54,851 bases of DNA, taken from contig SKWC01000131.1 in the NCBI GenBank assembly GCA_007129145.1, forward strand, positions 1 to 54,851, given 5' to 3'. Below the pieces are notes generated by a model. That model worked only from the letters and a program-made list of their open reading frames with translations. It did no database searches and was not told where the DNA came from. Shown here one piece after another: positions 1 through 8,614 of this stretch. The stretch comes from Rubritepida sp. (lineage in GTDB: Bacteria; Pseudomonadota; Alphaproteobacteria; Acetobacterales; Acetobacteraceae). The first letter of the stretch is position 1. The number at the start of each line of letters is the position of its first letter. The position numbers were made by a program, and so were the translations under genes.

Positions 1-14
1 GCGCAGTGGACGCA

Positions 15-158
15 ATGGCACGGCGGCTTGACGCCGAGGCGCACGAGTACGCCCCCTCTGCCGAGTACGCCCGCCAAGGACGCGAGGTATCCGCTCGCCT
101 TCGCGCGGCGCTCGACGCGCTGACCAAGCAATCACCCCCCGATCAAAGTGGGGGGTGA
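15..158 (+). CDS. Small hypothetical protein (start may lie upstream of the window)
   Basis: Open frame MARRLDAEAHEYAPSAEYARQ...GG* with GC3-rich codons; below the ORF-track cutoff. Confidence 0.4.
   Translation: MARRLDAEAHEYAPSAEYARQGREVSARLRAALDALTKQSPPDQSGG
132..158. terminator. Inverted repeat, possible terminator
   Basis: TCACCCCCC-N9-GGGGGGTGA; no U-tract. Confidence 0.35.
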
Positions 159-240
159 CTGCTCTCCGCACCGGTACATCTGACCAGTACCCACCGGCTA
201 CGAGCCGGTCACTCATTCTACCCACAGAGAGGAGGGACAC

Positions 241-741
241 GTGCCCAGAACCATGAGCAGGTCGTACAAGACATGGCTGAAACGCATCACCGTTGACAGG
301 GAGGTGAAGCAGGCACAAGCCGTGCACCTCGCCCGGCTCACCAACCCGCAAGCCATCCCGGTCTACGCTGGCTACACCGGCATGACCCGGCAAGAGGTTG
401 AGCTGGCATGGGAGCTGATCCGCATGCAGCCCGTACCGTTCGACACCGCCTCGGTGCGCAAGGGGTTGAGGTGGCTCGAGAGGCTGGCCCTCACGCCGGG
501 CGGCAGGCTTCGGAGGAGTAGCCCGTTCTCTCCTCGTGAGACTCGCATCATCATGGGTGCCGACCGCACCATTTACCTGTGCGGCGTGTCGTACGAGCGC
601 CCTGAGTACCTCCTGGAGACCTCCAGCGGCTCGTTCAAGTATCGGGTGGTCTACACCCGCTCGGACGCCATGACGGGCAACTGGCAAGGCGTCAGCCAGG
701 TCGAAGCATGGGATACGGAGCTGAGAAACCATGCCCCGTGA
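241..741 (+). CDS. Hypothetical early protein
   Basis: GTG start with GGAGG RBS; 166 aa. Confidence 0.75.
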   Translation: MPRTMSRSYKTWLKRITVDREVKQAQAVHLARLTNPQAIPVYAGYTGMTRQEVELAWELIRMQPVPFDTASVRKGLRWLERLALTPGGRLRRSSPFSPRETRIIMGADRTIYLCGVSYERPEYLLETSSGSFKYRVVYTRSDAMTGNWQGVSQVEAWDTELRNHAP

Positions 742-1021
742 GGCGCAGGTGTTCCTCTCACTCGTCGGCATCGGCCTCGTCATTCTCCTCGCTGCGCTGA
801 CGTACTACTCGAGGGCGGTCTTCACCGCCCAGGTGGAGCAAGGCATCATCAGCCCGCAGCGCATCACCGCCGATGGCTGCACGTACGATGCCCCCGAGTA
901 CATCCAGGACCGCACCCTCGCCGTGATGGGCGTCGCCACCATGCGCTACCCCGGTGGCTGGCACTGGCGCGTCGAATGCCCCGACGGCAACACGTTCCAC
1001 GTGCGCATCCCCAGACCATGA
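731..1021 (+). CDS. Small membrane-anchored protein
   Basis: N-terminal hydrophobic helix VFLSLVGIGLVILLAALTYY; start overlaps the upstream gene. Confidence 0.7.
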   Translation: MPREAQVFLSLVGIGLVILLAALTYYSRAVFTAQVEQGIISPQRITADGCTYDAPEYIQDRTLAVMGVATMRYPGGWHWRVECPDGNTFHVRIPRP

Positions 1022-1025
1022 CCCC

Positions 1026-1055
1026 TTCGAGAAGTCTCGAACCCGGTGGTACACT
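1026..1055 (+). promoter_or_regulatory. Extended -10 promoter with the TTCGAG-N4-CTCGAA palindrome over its -35 region
   Basis: TG-G-TACACT at 1047-1055; palindrome at 1026-1041. Confidence 0.55.
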
Positions 1056-1289
1056 GATCCCCCTACCAAGCCACGGCGATCCCGCCACGCGTTGCCTCAA
1101 CCCACACGAAAGGAGGCCAGCGAGCACCCGCACGCCTAGCTTGGAACGCAACGCGCACACCGTCACAGACAGGAGAGCAACCCATCGACCCGCACCGCAA
1201 GAAGCCTGAAGCCAACGACACCTTCGGCCTTGCCATCCTCATCGTCATCATCACGCTCGTGGTGATGGCACTCACCCGCTAGGAGCAGC

Positions 1290-2789
1290 ATGCCAATCAC
1301 ATCCAACGCCAAGAACCCAACCGACAGGGGCAGCATGAAGGCGCTCATCAACGCCGTCCCTGAAGCCGTTCAGAAACGTGACGTGGTGGTCACCTTCGAC
1401 AAGGAAGGCGTCCTCATTGACGACGGCGATACCGCAACCGGCATGACCCGGGCCAGCTTCAACGCCTGGAAGAAGGCCGGATTCCCGTACCGCAACGGCG
1501 AGCCCAACTTCAACGGCGAACCGGAGGAGCAACGCGAAGAGATCAGGCCGCAACCCAAGCCAGTCTCCAAGCAGAGGGCACGGAGGGTCACCGGCAAGGC
1601 CAAGGCCAAGGCCACGAAGGGCGAACCCGCCATCCCGCAACCCGCCAAGTCCCGAGAGTCCAAGGAAGCGCCAGCCGAGGAGCACGGCAGCATCTTCGAC
1701 TCCTTCGCTGCCGAGGCGTTCGAGATCGACCGCACCGAGAAGACCAGCGAGTCCGGTCGTAACGTCGCCCGCTTCACCAGAGGCGAGATGATCTCCCGCC
1801 TCACCAGCATGTGCAAGGCGTCCCGCATCCCCGTCAAGAAGGCGCTCGAGGAACTCAACATCCGAGCCACCATCGTCGCCGACCAGCACAGCGTGCCGGA
1901 CTTCACGCCCATCACCGAGACCGAGGCGACCATGTCACGCTCCGTGGTCGAAGCGTTCGGTAGCGGCAGCACCTTCCAGCTCGTGAACACCATCAACCCG
2001 GTGACCGGCAAGCCGCTCGTGCGAGACAACGGCGAGCCATTCGAGGTGCCGATCACCGAGGTGACCATCAACAAGCTCTACCCCCTCGTCGAGTTCGTCG
2101 GCGCCAAGGGGTACGACTACGACGAGCTGGCGTCCTTCGCTCACAACAACAGCGAGAAGGTCGTCAAGAAGACGAAGTCCGTCGCCAAGAAGCTCAGCGT
2201 GCCCTTCTCCAAGGTGATGCGGGAGATCACCAGCCTGACCGAGAAGCGCATCAGCCCGCTCGACTCCTCGCTCGGAGAGGTCGAGGTGCAGGCGCCCGAG
2301 GCGATGGTGATGGAGCACCTGAAGCGCCTCCAGGGTGACCCCGTGGAGTCCGAGGTCGTCAGCATCAAGACGGTGCGGACCTGGTACGAGAGCTACTGGG
2401 AGCCGCTGCGTGCCCTGATGAGCCACCTGGGTCGCTTGTACTTCCCGGAGTCGGTGTCGCAGAACTCGGGCGAGGTCAGCGCCGTGTTCGTTCTCGAGCG
2501 CACCATCGGTCAGTTCTTCAACGTCACCGACGACAAGGGCATTCACCGCACTCTCGCCGCCCTGGTCGAGGCTGGCGACATGACCGAGAACCAGGCGAAC
2601 ACCTTCATCGACAGCCACGCTCTGAACCCCGAGACGGGTGACTGGGTGCAGGTCGAGGCCGCTGAGCAGGCGGTCACTGCGGTGAGCGACGACGATGACA
2701 TCTTCGGTGACGAGGATGCCGACATCGACGATCCGCCCTTCGAGGACGACGCCGAGGAGGATGCAGGGGACGACGAGTTCGACGACTGA
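1290..2789 (+). CDS. Hypothetical DNA-metabolism protein with a very acidic C-terminal tail (SSB/recombination-like)
   Basis: 499 aa, AGGAG RBS, tail DDDDIFGDEDADIDDPPFEDD...DDEFDD. Confidence 0.6.
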   Translation: MPITSNAKNPTDRGSMKALINAVPEAVQKRDVVVTFDKEGVLIDDGDTATGMTRASFNAWKKAGFPYRNGEPNFNGEPEEQREEIRPQPKPVSKQRARRVTGKAKAKATKGEPAIPQPAKSRESKEAPAEEHGSIFDSFAAEAFEIDRTEKTSESGRNVARFTRGEMISRLTSMCKASRIPVKKALEELNIRATIVADQHSVPDFTPITETEATMSRSVVEAFGSGSTFQLVNTINPVTGKPLVRDNGEPFEVPITEVTINKLYPLVEFVGAKGYDYDELASFAHNNSEKVVKKTKSVAKKLSVPFSKVMREITSLTEKRISPLDSSLGEVEVQAPEAMVMEHLKRLQGDPVESEVVSIKTVRTWYESYWEPLRALMSHLGRLYFPESVSQNSGEVSAVFVLERTIGQFFNVTDDKGIHRTLAALVEAGDMTENQANTFIDSHALNPETGDWVQVEAAEQAVTAVSDDDDIFGDEDADIDDPPFEDDAEEDAGDDEFDD

Positions 2790-2830
2790 CGCCCTCCGCT
2801 GTGACGGCCCCGTCGTAGACTCCATCTAGC

Positions 2831-3208
2831 ATGCCTGAGCATCGGACGTTCCCGAAGCCGACGAAGAAGGTGAAGGCGAAGACCAGCGAGCGCCTGAACC
2901 ACAACCACAAGACCCACTCACGCTCGAAGATCTACCGCTTCGTCTCGAAGCCGACGTACCTGGCCGGTCTCGCTGCCGGTCAGGGGCGTCGAGGAACCCA
3001 GCCGCATTGTGAGCGGTGCGGGCAGAACAAGGCCACCCAGATTCATCATCCGGGTGGCCGCTCTGGTCCTAGCTTGATCGAGGCTGAGAACCTCTCAGCG
3101 TTGTGCGGCGACTGCCACACGTGGGTGCATGCGAACCCTGAGGCTGCCTACGCAGCCGGGTGGCTCAAGAGTCGGAACGCACTCGAATCAGACCAATCGA
3201 CAGAGTAA
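2831..3208 (+). CDS. HNH endonuclease
   Basis: CERC...QIHHPGGR...ENLSALCGDCHTWVH motif. Confidence 0.85.
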   Translation: MPEHRTFPKPTKKVKAKTSERLNHNHKTHSRSKIYRFVSKPTYLAGLAAGQGRRGTQPHCERCGQNKATQIHHPGGRSGPSLIEAENLSALCGDCHTWVHANPEAAYAAGWLKSRNALESDQSTE

Positions 3209-3560
3209 TCATGCCGACGTGCATGAACGCCTGATGCAGGCGCAGGGGCGAGTTGAGTCCGGTGTCGAACGCCAGGCTCAGCATCGCCCCTAGCGCGTAC
3301 AGAACCAGGCCGACCGTGACCCAGTTCCTATGCTGCGGGTACACGATGCGTCGCCACGCCGCGAGCAGGGCGACGTGAACGCCGAGTACCCGTACGGATG
3401 CTAGCAGTATCCAGCTCGGCTCCCCGAACCCGTTCCTCACGAGCGGTGCGAGCTGGTCGATGAAGTACAGCGTCATGGCTCCGGCAGCGAACATGGCGAT
3501 GAAGACAGCGATCCGGGCACCTGAGCTGCGGGGTTGCATCTGCTGCAACATCGTGCTCAT
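3165..3560 (-). CDS. Multi-pass membrane protein
   Basis: About four hydrophobic segments; overlaps the upstream holin-like gene by 4 nt. Confidence 0.65.
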   Translation of the reverse strand: MSTMLQQMQPRSSGARIAVFIAMFAAGAMTLYFIDQLAPLVRNGFGEPSWILLASVRVLGVHVALLAAWRRIVYPQHRNWVTVGLVLYALGAMLSLAFDTGLNSPLRLHQAFMHVGMITLSIGLIRVRSDS

Positions 3561-3877
3561 AGCATTTTGCCCTTTCCCCCACCCTTACGGTCGTCGTCGT
3601 CCATCAGCTTCTTGCCGATGGCGGCGAGGACATCCCCGCCAAGCCAGCCTATCGGTCCGGCCATGGCCAGAATGAGGAGGTTGCTCACGTTGAACGACTC
3701 GATCATGAACGCCGTGAAGGAGAAGGCGGCGATGCCGCTGCCGAGGATGCCGCCGACCATGGCCGACAGGTTCATGGGCCGCTTCTCGGTGAGGTACCGA
3801 GCAAGCCCAGATGCGGCGGCAAGGACCGCTCCCCACAAGAGGAACCAGACTCGTCCTATGGTCTCGGCGGAATCCAT
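3557..3877 (-). CDS. Putative holin (3 TM, basic C-terminus)
   Basis: Start moved to MDSAET at 3877; three Gly/Ala-rich TM helices ending GWLGGDVL; charged tail DDDDRKGGGKGKML. Confidence 0.55.
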   Translation of the reverse strand: MDSAETIGRVWFLLWGAVLAAASGLARYLTEKRPMNLSAMVGGILGSGIAAFSFTAFMIESFNVSNLLILAMAGPIGWLGGDVLAAIGKKLMDDDDRKGGGKGKML

Positions 3878-3896
3878 GGCGTCAATGAGGCCTCGA

Positions 3897-4301
3897 TCAG
3901 CCGGACATGCGCGAGAGGAAGGCATCAAGCTCAGGGTCCTCCTCTCTGGCCTTCTCCACGCCCTGCTCAACAGATGCGCGGGTGATGACGGGTGCGTCTT
4001 CGAGATTGCTCAAATCGAGAATGTCCCCGGTGGTGTCGGTTTCGCCCCGGTGGCGGAACATGCCGACCAGGTTGTAGGCACGCACGACGAGGTCGATGCC
4101 GTAGCTGACAATCTCGTAGGCCGTCGGCCCAAGGATGGTTCGGAGCCGCTCAAGCACCTCGGACAGGAGGCCGAGGACGAGTTCCTTCTTCTTCGGCCCC
4201 GGTGTGTCCGGGGAGGTGATGCTCTCGACGGTGGCTACCGCCATCTGGATCATCGGGATCAGCTTGAGGATCAGACCGAAGTTGCGGACGACTGCAAGCA
4301 T
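3897..4301 (-). CDS. Hypothetical protein (possibly lysis-associated)
   Basis: GAAGGGAG RBS; 134 aa with a GPKKKELVL motif. Confidence 0.7.
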   Translation of the reverse strand: MLAVVRNFGLILKLIPMIQMAVATVESITSPDTPGPKKKELVLGLLSEVLERLRTILGPTAYEIVSYGIDLVVRAYNLVGMFRHRGETDTTGDILDLSNLEDAPVITRASVEQGVEKAREEDPELDAFLSRMSG

Positions 4302-4318
4302 ACTGTTCTCCCTTCGTA

Positions 4319-4338
4319 CAGCCCCAGTATAGGGGCTG
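4319..4338 (-). promoter_or_regulatory. -10 hexamer TATACT inside a perfect 7-bp inverted repeat, upstream of the 4301 operon
   Basis: CAGCCCC-AGTATA-GGGGCTG. Confidence 0.45.
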
Positions 4339-4387
4339 GCCTATCACGCGCAACCTCACGGTGCCCGGACGCGCCCCCCGGTGCCTA

Positions 4388-4417
4388 TTGACACACCCCC
4401 CGGTACTGCGGTATGAT
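4388..4417 (+). promoter_or_regulatory. Sigma70-type promoter of the replication operon
   Basis: TTGACA-18 nt-TATGAT, followed by GAAAGGAGG RBS. Confidence 0.8.
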
Positions 4418-4444
4418 GCCGGGGCGTACAGAAAGGAGGCCCCC

Positions 4445-4639
4445 ATGCCACTATCCGCACAAGCCCGGCGCAGGAAGGAGATCAGGCTTTACATCAACAA
4501 CGAACGACACGAGCGCATCCAGAAGCGCATCGGCAAGAAGCTCCACCTGCCCAACGGCGAACACATCGTCCCCAAAGACGCCAAGGACGTGTTCTACACG
4601 GCACTCGATATCGTCCTCGGCGTACACGACCCAGACTGA
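4445..4639 (+). CDS. Small basic DNA-binding protein (ribbon-helix-helix-like)
   Basis: ATG at 4445 after a strong RBS; KEIRLYINNERHERI strand-helix pattern. Confidence 0.55.
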   Translation: MPLSAQARRRKEIRLYINNERHERIQKRIGKKLHLPNGEHIVPKDAKDVFYTALDIVLGVHDPD

Positions 4640-4653
4640 GACAGGAGAACCAC

Positions 4654-5694
4654 ATGGCACGCGGAATCCCAAGATCAGGAGGCACCAGCGACGTTGCCCC
4701 CCTCACCGTCAAACGCCTCAAGGGCGTACCCCTTGAGCGCCTCACCGCCTTCCGCATGGAACGCGAACGCGAAGACCGGAAGACCGGTGAGAAGTACGAC
4801 GTTGTCCAGGTCGTGCTCGGCTTCGCCTTCAACAGCGGCCACGTCCAACGCAGCGCCGACGGCGAACCCGTGCTCGACGACCAGGGCAACACCCAGGCGC
4901 ACATGATCCACGACGGCTTCGTGACCCTCAGCGGCCACGCCAAAGCCAACCTCCCCACCATCCTCCGAGCGCTCGGCTTCGACGACGACCGGTTCATGGA
5001 CCGGGAAGAGGGCGGACTCACCAGCGACGCCGCCGAAAGCATCGAGGTCGAGTTCGGCAAGAACGGCCTCGGCCACGACTACCGAGGCAAGGACTGGGAT
5101 GACCTGCCCTTCTACGTCGTCGGCGGCAAGGAGCGCAAGGGCGAGGTCGAGGTGCCCATCACCTCGTTCAAGATGCTCGGGTACGAGCTGGTCGGTCGCC
5201 GCTGCGACATGGTGCTGACCATCGACAAGAACGGGTACAACCGCATCGACTCCTACATCCCGATGGAGGACCCCGACCCCCTCACCGACACGCCCCCGAA
5301 GCCGAAAGCCAAGGGACTGCCCGGTGAGCAGCGTGACCCCGAACCGTTCCTTGACGACAAGGGCATCGCCGAGCAGCAGGCCAACCGAGCGCTTGCCCCC
5401 ATGCTCCAGCCGAACGAGGGCGAGCCTGAACCCGAGACGAAGCGAGCGGCCTGGACCACGAAGCGTCTCCAAGAGGCGAACATCCCGGCCAGCGCCCGGA
5501 TTCAGGTGCTCCGTGCCCTCACGGGTGACGACAGCATCGACTCCATCCACGGCATCACGGTCGAGCAAGCCAAGGCCGTGAAGGAGATGTTCGACGCCGA
5601 TCCCGCCAACCTGGTCCAGGCGTACGAGCACGTCATGGACTCCACCGAACCCCCCGTCGCCGATGACGACGATGACTTCGAGGATGACATCTGA
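4654..5694 (+). CDS. Putative single-stranded DNA-binding protein
   Basis: Beta-rich N-terminal domain (LVGRRCDMVLTIDKNGYNRIDSY), Pro-rich linker, acidic tail DDDDDFEDDI; replication context. Confidence 0.5.
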   Translation: MARGIPRSGGTSDVAPLTVKRLKGVPLERLTAFRMEREREDRKTGEKYDVVQVVLGFAFNSGHVQRSADGEPVLDDQGNTQAHMIHDGFVTLSGHAKANLPTILRALGFDDDRFMDREEGGLTSDAAESIEVEFGKNGLGHDYRGKDWDDLPFYVVGGKERKGEVEVPITSFKMLGYELVGRRCDMVLTIDKNGYNRIDSYIPMEDPDPLTDTPPKPKAKGLPGEQRDPEPFLDDKGIAEQQANRALAPMLQPNEGEPEPETKRAAWTTKRLQEANIPASARIQVLRALTGDDSIDSIHGITVEQAKAVKEMFDADPANLVQAYEHVMDSTEPPVADDDDDFEDDI

Positions 5695-6080
5695 TGCCCC
5701 GCAAGCTGCCCGAGCGCCGCGCCGCCCCCCGCAAGCACATCAGCCTCTCCCGCCCCAACGGGACCTTCGTCCCCCACCTCCCCACCTACGCCGAGATCAT
5801 GGTGCAGCGCACCCCTTGGGAGCGCATCTGCGACTCCCTCGTGAAGGCGTGGGGTGACGAGCACTGGTTCCACCTGAAGCAAGACTACGCTGGCGCCGGT
5901 TCCGCTGTGAACAGCGCTCGGGTCACATTCGAGAAGGGTAGCTACCCCGAAGGCGCAGCCGAGGCGCTTCAGGTCGCCGTCATCCCCGCCGAGAGCGAGG
6001 GCCGAGTGCAGGTGTTCCTGCGCTTGGACCCGGAGATGCTCGAGGTCGAGGAAGCCGAGGAGGCTGAGTTCGATGGCTGA
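5694..6080 (+). CDS. Hypothetical protein
   Basis: TGATG coupling to the upstream gene. Confidence 0.7.
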   Translation: MPRKLPERRAAPRKHISLSRPNGTFVPHLPTYAEIMVQRTPWERICDSLVKAWGDEHWFHLKQDYAGAGSAVNSARVTFEKGSYPEGAAEALQVAVIPAESEGRVQVFLRLDPEMLEVEEAEEAEFDG

Positions 6081-6315
6081 GTACCCTATCGGTCACATCT
6101 CCTGGCCTGAGCCGAAGTTCAGAATCGGCGACAAGGTGCAGCACTCCACCATCTCATTCGGCTCGACGATGGTCATCGCAGTGGCGCTGACCGACGGCCT
6201 GTCGTGGTCGTACTACTGCACCTGGGTCGGTAACAACCAGGGCCACCAGATGCAGTTCCCGGAGCACAGCTTGAGGCTCTACGGCGACACCGCATTGGAG
6301 AACGATCATGGCTGA
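6073..6315 (+). CDS. Small SH3-like protein
   Basis: PKFRIGDKV...SYYC...FPEHSL pattern typical of phage SH3-like folds. Confidence 0.55.
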   Translation: MAEYPIGHISWPEPKFRIGDKVQHSTISFGSTMVIAVALTDGLSWSYYCTWVGNNQGHQMQFPEHSLRLYGDTALENDHG

Positions 6316-7015
6316 GGTGTACATCACGCTCGACATCGAGACGCTGCCCGACATGCGAGAGGGGGCGGCTGATGCCGCCCGCTCCCGCATCTCCGCACCG
6401 TCCAACTACAAGGACCCCGTCAAGATCGAGGCGTACATCGCCGAGAAGGGCGAGGAGGCGTGGCGCCGCACCGCTCTCGATGGCGGGTACGGCGAGGTGC
6501 TGTGCATCGGGTACGCCGTCAACGCCTACCCTGGCCGGGTCATGTACCGGAACCTTGAACTGGAGCCGCACGAGCAGGAACGTGACCTACTCGAGCGCTT
6601 CTGGCGCATCATCCGAGGGTTCGAGCCTGTCGTCGGCGACATCTGCTTCATCGGCAACCGGGTCGCCGCCTTCGACCTGCGGTTCCTGTGGCGCCGCAGC
6701 GTCATCCACGGCGTCCGCCCCAGCCTTGACCTGCCGCTGAACGATGGCCCCTGGTCCGACCGTGTGGCTGACCTGTCGTACATGTGGACGGGTGAGCGCA
6801 GCGGCGGCATCTCGCTCGACACCCTGGCCGACATCTTCGGCGTCGAGACCGGCGACACCGGCCTGTCCGGCGCTCACGTGTTCGACGCGTTCGAGCGAGG
6901 CGAGCATGAGCGCATCCAGGTGTACTGCCTCGGTGACGTGGAGGTGTCCCGGGGGCTGTACAACGCCATGACGTTCGACAGCATCCTTCGTCTCGCCAAG
7001 GACGCCTGGGAGTAG
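6308..7015 (+). CDS. DnaQ/PolB-type 3'-5' exonuclease
   Basis: ExoI LDIET, ExoII NRVAAFDLRFL, ExoIII YCLGDV. Confidence 0.88.
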   Translation: MAEVYITLDIETLPDMREGAADAARSRISAPSNYKDPVKIEAYIAEKGEEAWRRTALDGGYGEVLCIGYAVNAYPGRVMYRNLELEPHEQERDLLERFWRIIRGFEPVVGDICFIGNRVAAFDLRFLWRRSVIHGVRPSLDLPLNDGPWSDRVADLSYMWTGERSGGISLDTLADIFGVETGDTGLSGAHVFDAFERGEHERIQVYCLGDVEVSRGLYNAMTFDSILRLAKDAWE

Positions 7016-7017
7016 GC

Positions 7018-7290
7018 ATGTCAGACGACCCACGCCCCGTCCCCAGGGAGAAGCTCGAGATCAGGCTGACCGCCATGCCGAACGACGACAGGCCGCTCGC
7101 TCACTACGCTGGCTACCAGAACTTCTTCGTCCACGTGCGCATCGGCCACATCGGACCCTGGAAGAACACTGGCTCCATCACCCTGCACACGTCAGCTTTC
7201 AGGTACATCCTCAAGGGCGACGTGAACGTGACGCTACCCCTGGTTGAACTCCATCAGGTATTGGACGACGAAGCGAAGCGGAGCCGCTGA
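7018..7290 (+). CDS. Hypothetical protein
   Basis: Fills the operon between coupled genes. Confidence 0.65.
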   Translation: MSDDPRPVPREKLEIRLTAMPNDDRPLAHYAGYQNFFVHVRIGHIGPWKNTGSITLHTSAFRYILKGDVNVTLPLVELHQVLDDEAKRSR

Positions 7291-7940
7291 TGCCCTGGTA
7301 CCGTGGCGGCAAGAGCATCTTCTCCAAGCCCGGCGACAGCCCCGAGGAACGCTCCGTCAAGTCACTGACGAAGGTCATCAGGCGAGCAGCGATCCGTCGC
7401 ATCCTCGCTGGCCGGTACGGTGCCGACGGCATCAGCAGCCTCACCCAGCTCCAGACCATCCTCGCCCAGCAGCACGGCATCACTGCCCACATCATGACCA
7501 TCTCCCGAGACCTCGACGAGATGGGCGCCGTGAAGGTGCAAGACGTGGAGAAGCCCAGCGTGCAGTTCTGGGTGGTGCCCGCCTTCAACCCGAACCTCGA
7601 GAACCTCCGAGAGACGATGGACTCCGAAGCCATCGAGCAGGAGGTGTTCTACAAGCTGACGATGCACGTCATCGACATCTCGATGCTGTACGAGCGCATC
7701 ATCATCATGACCGAGCCGAGAGCCGGGTATCTGGTGGCATACTGGCTGTCCTGGCTGCGATGGCCCGGCATGGTGAGCGTTCAAGAGCAGCTCGATGGCT
7801 GCATCATCCACTGCCTCGATCCCGATCATGCCGAGGGCATCTACCAGATGCTCGTCGGTCACCCGCTCGACCGTGAGGAGGACACTGATGCCGAAGCGGA
7901 AGAAGGAGAGGAAGAGCCTCTTCGGGAACATCACCCGTGA
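7290..7940 (+). CDS. Divergent ArgR (arginine repressor)-family DNA-binding protein
   Basis: wHTH RRAAIRRIL...LQTILAQQHGITAHIMTISRDLDEMGAVKV matches the ArgR SRDL signature; C-terminal domain IIIMTEPRAG...LDGCIIHC follows the ArgR oligomerisation pattern. Confidence 0.85.
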   Translation: MPWYRGGKSIFSKPGDSPEERSVKSLTKVIRRAAIRRILAGRYGADGISSLTQLQTILAQQHGITAHIMTISRDLDEMGAVKVQDVEKPSVQFWVVPAFNPNLENLRETMDSEAIEQEVFYKLTMHVIDISMLYERIIIMTEPRAGYLVAYWLSWLRWPGMVSVQEQLDGCIIHCLDPDHAEGIYQMLVGHPLDREEDTDAEAEEGEEEPLREHHP

Positions 7941-8103
7941 GGAGTTCATGGCCATCACCCCGGAGGACATCGCCGCCTCCCACGCTAGGGACAAGGCGTA
8001 CTTCGATGAGGTCGTCGGCCCTGGCCCGGTCCGGCTCAAGTTCAAGAAGTCTCGAAGGAAGGGGTCGAAGCTGGTACCACGTGCCAAGCGTGCGTCATAC
8101 TGA
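7888..8103 (+). CDS. Small basic hypothetical protein
   Basis: ATG at 7888 after GAGGAGG; MPKRKKERKSLFG. Confidence 0.6.
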   Translation: MPKRKKERKSLFGNITREEFMAITPEDIAASHARDKAYFDEVVGPGPVRLKFKKSRRKGSKLVPRAKRASY

Positions 8104-8107
8104 CCGC

Positions 8108-8605
8108 ATGCACAGTCCACGTGAACTCCGAATCCAGCTCGAATCGCACGAGAAGATGCTGAACGACCTCCAGGAAGAGATCAGCGTGATGGAGGAAGGC
8201 GTCTCTCACATCGACATCGACCTCTCCAACACCGTCGCCGAGTTCGTCGAGAGCACCGGGCGCCAGTCGTACGAGTTCTACAAGTGGCGCCGCAAGGCGA
8301 AGTGGGCAAGGCACCACAAGATCAAGGCCATCACGGTGGCTCAGGAGCGCGTGCGTGCGTACGAGGAGAAGGTGCGCCAGACGCAGCTCCTCCTGCACGC
8401 CGTCGAGTCCGGCTACCGTGGCCAGGACCCGCATCAGCTCCTCTCGGCCACGTACCACCTGCTGATGGAAGTGCTGTCCCGCTCGGATTACACCGTCGAC
8501 GCTCACCAGATGGGCTTGATCGCCGCCATCCGGCTGAGCCTCGGCATCGACAAAGAGGACGGGCAGGCCCCGCAGCCTGCCCGCCCCATCCCCCAAGCAC
8601 CGTAG
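8108..8605 (+). CDS. Coiled-coil hypothetical protein
   Basis: ATG at 8108; heptad-like N-terminus. Confidence 0.65.
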   Translation: MHSPRELRIQLESHEKMLNDLQEEISVMEEGVSHIDIDLSNTVAEFVESTGRQSYEFYKWRRKAKWARHHKIKAITVAQERVRAYEEKVRQTQLLLHAVESGYRGQDPHQLLSATYHLLMEVLSRSDYTVDAHQMGLIAAIRLSLGIDKEDGQAPQPARPIPQAP

Positions 8606-8614
8606 GAGGTGTGC

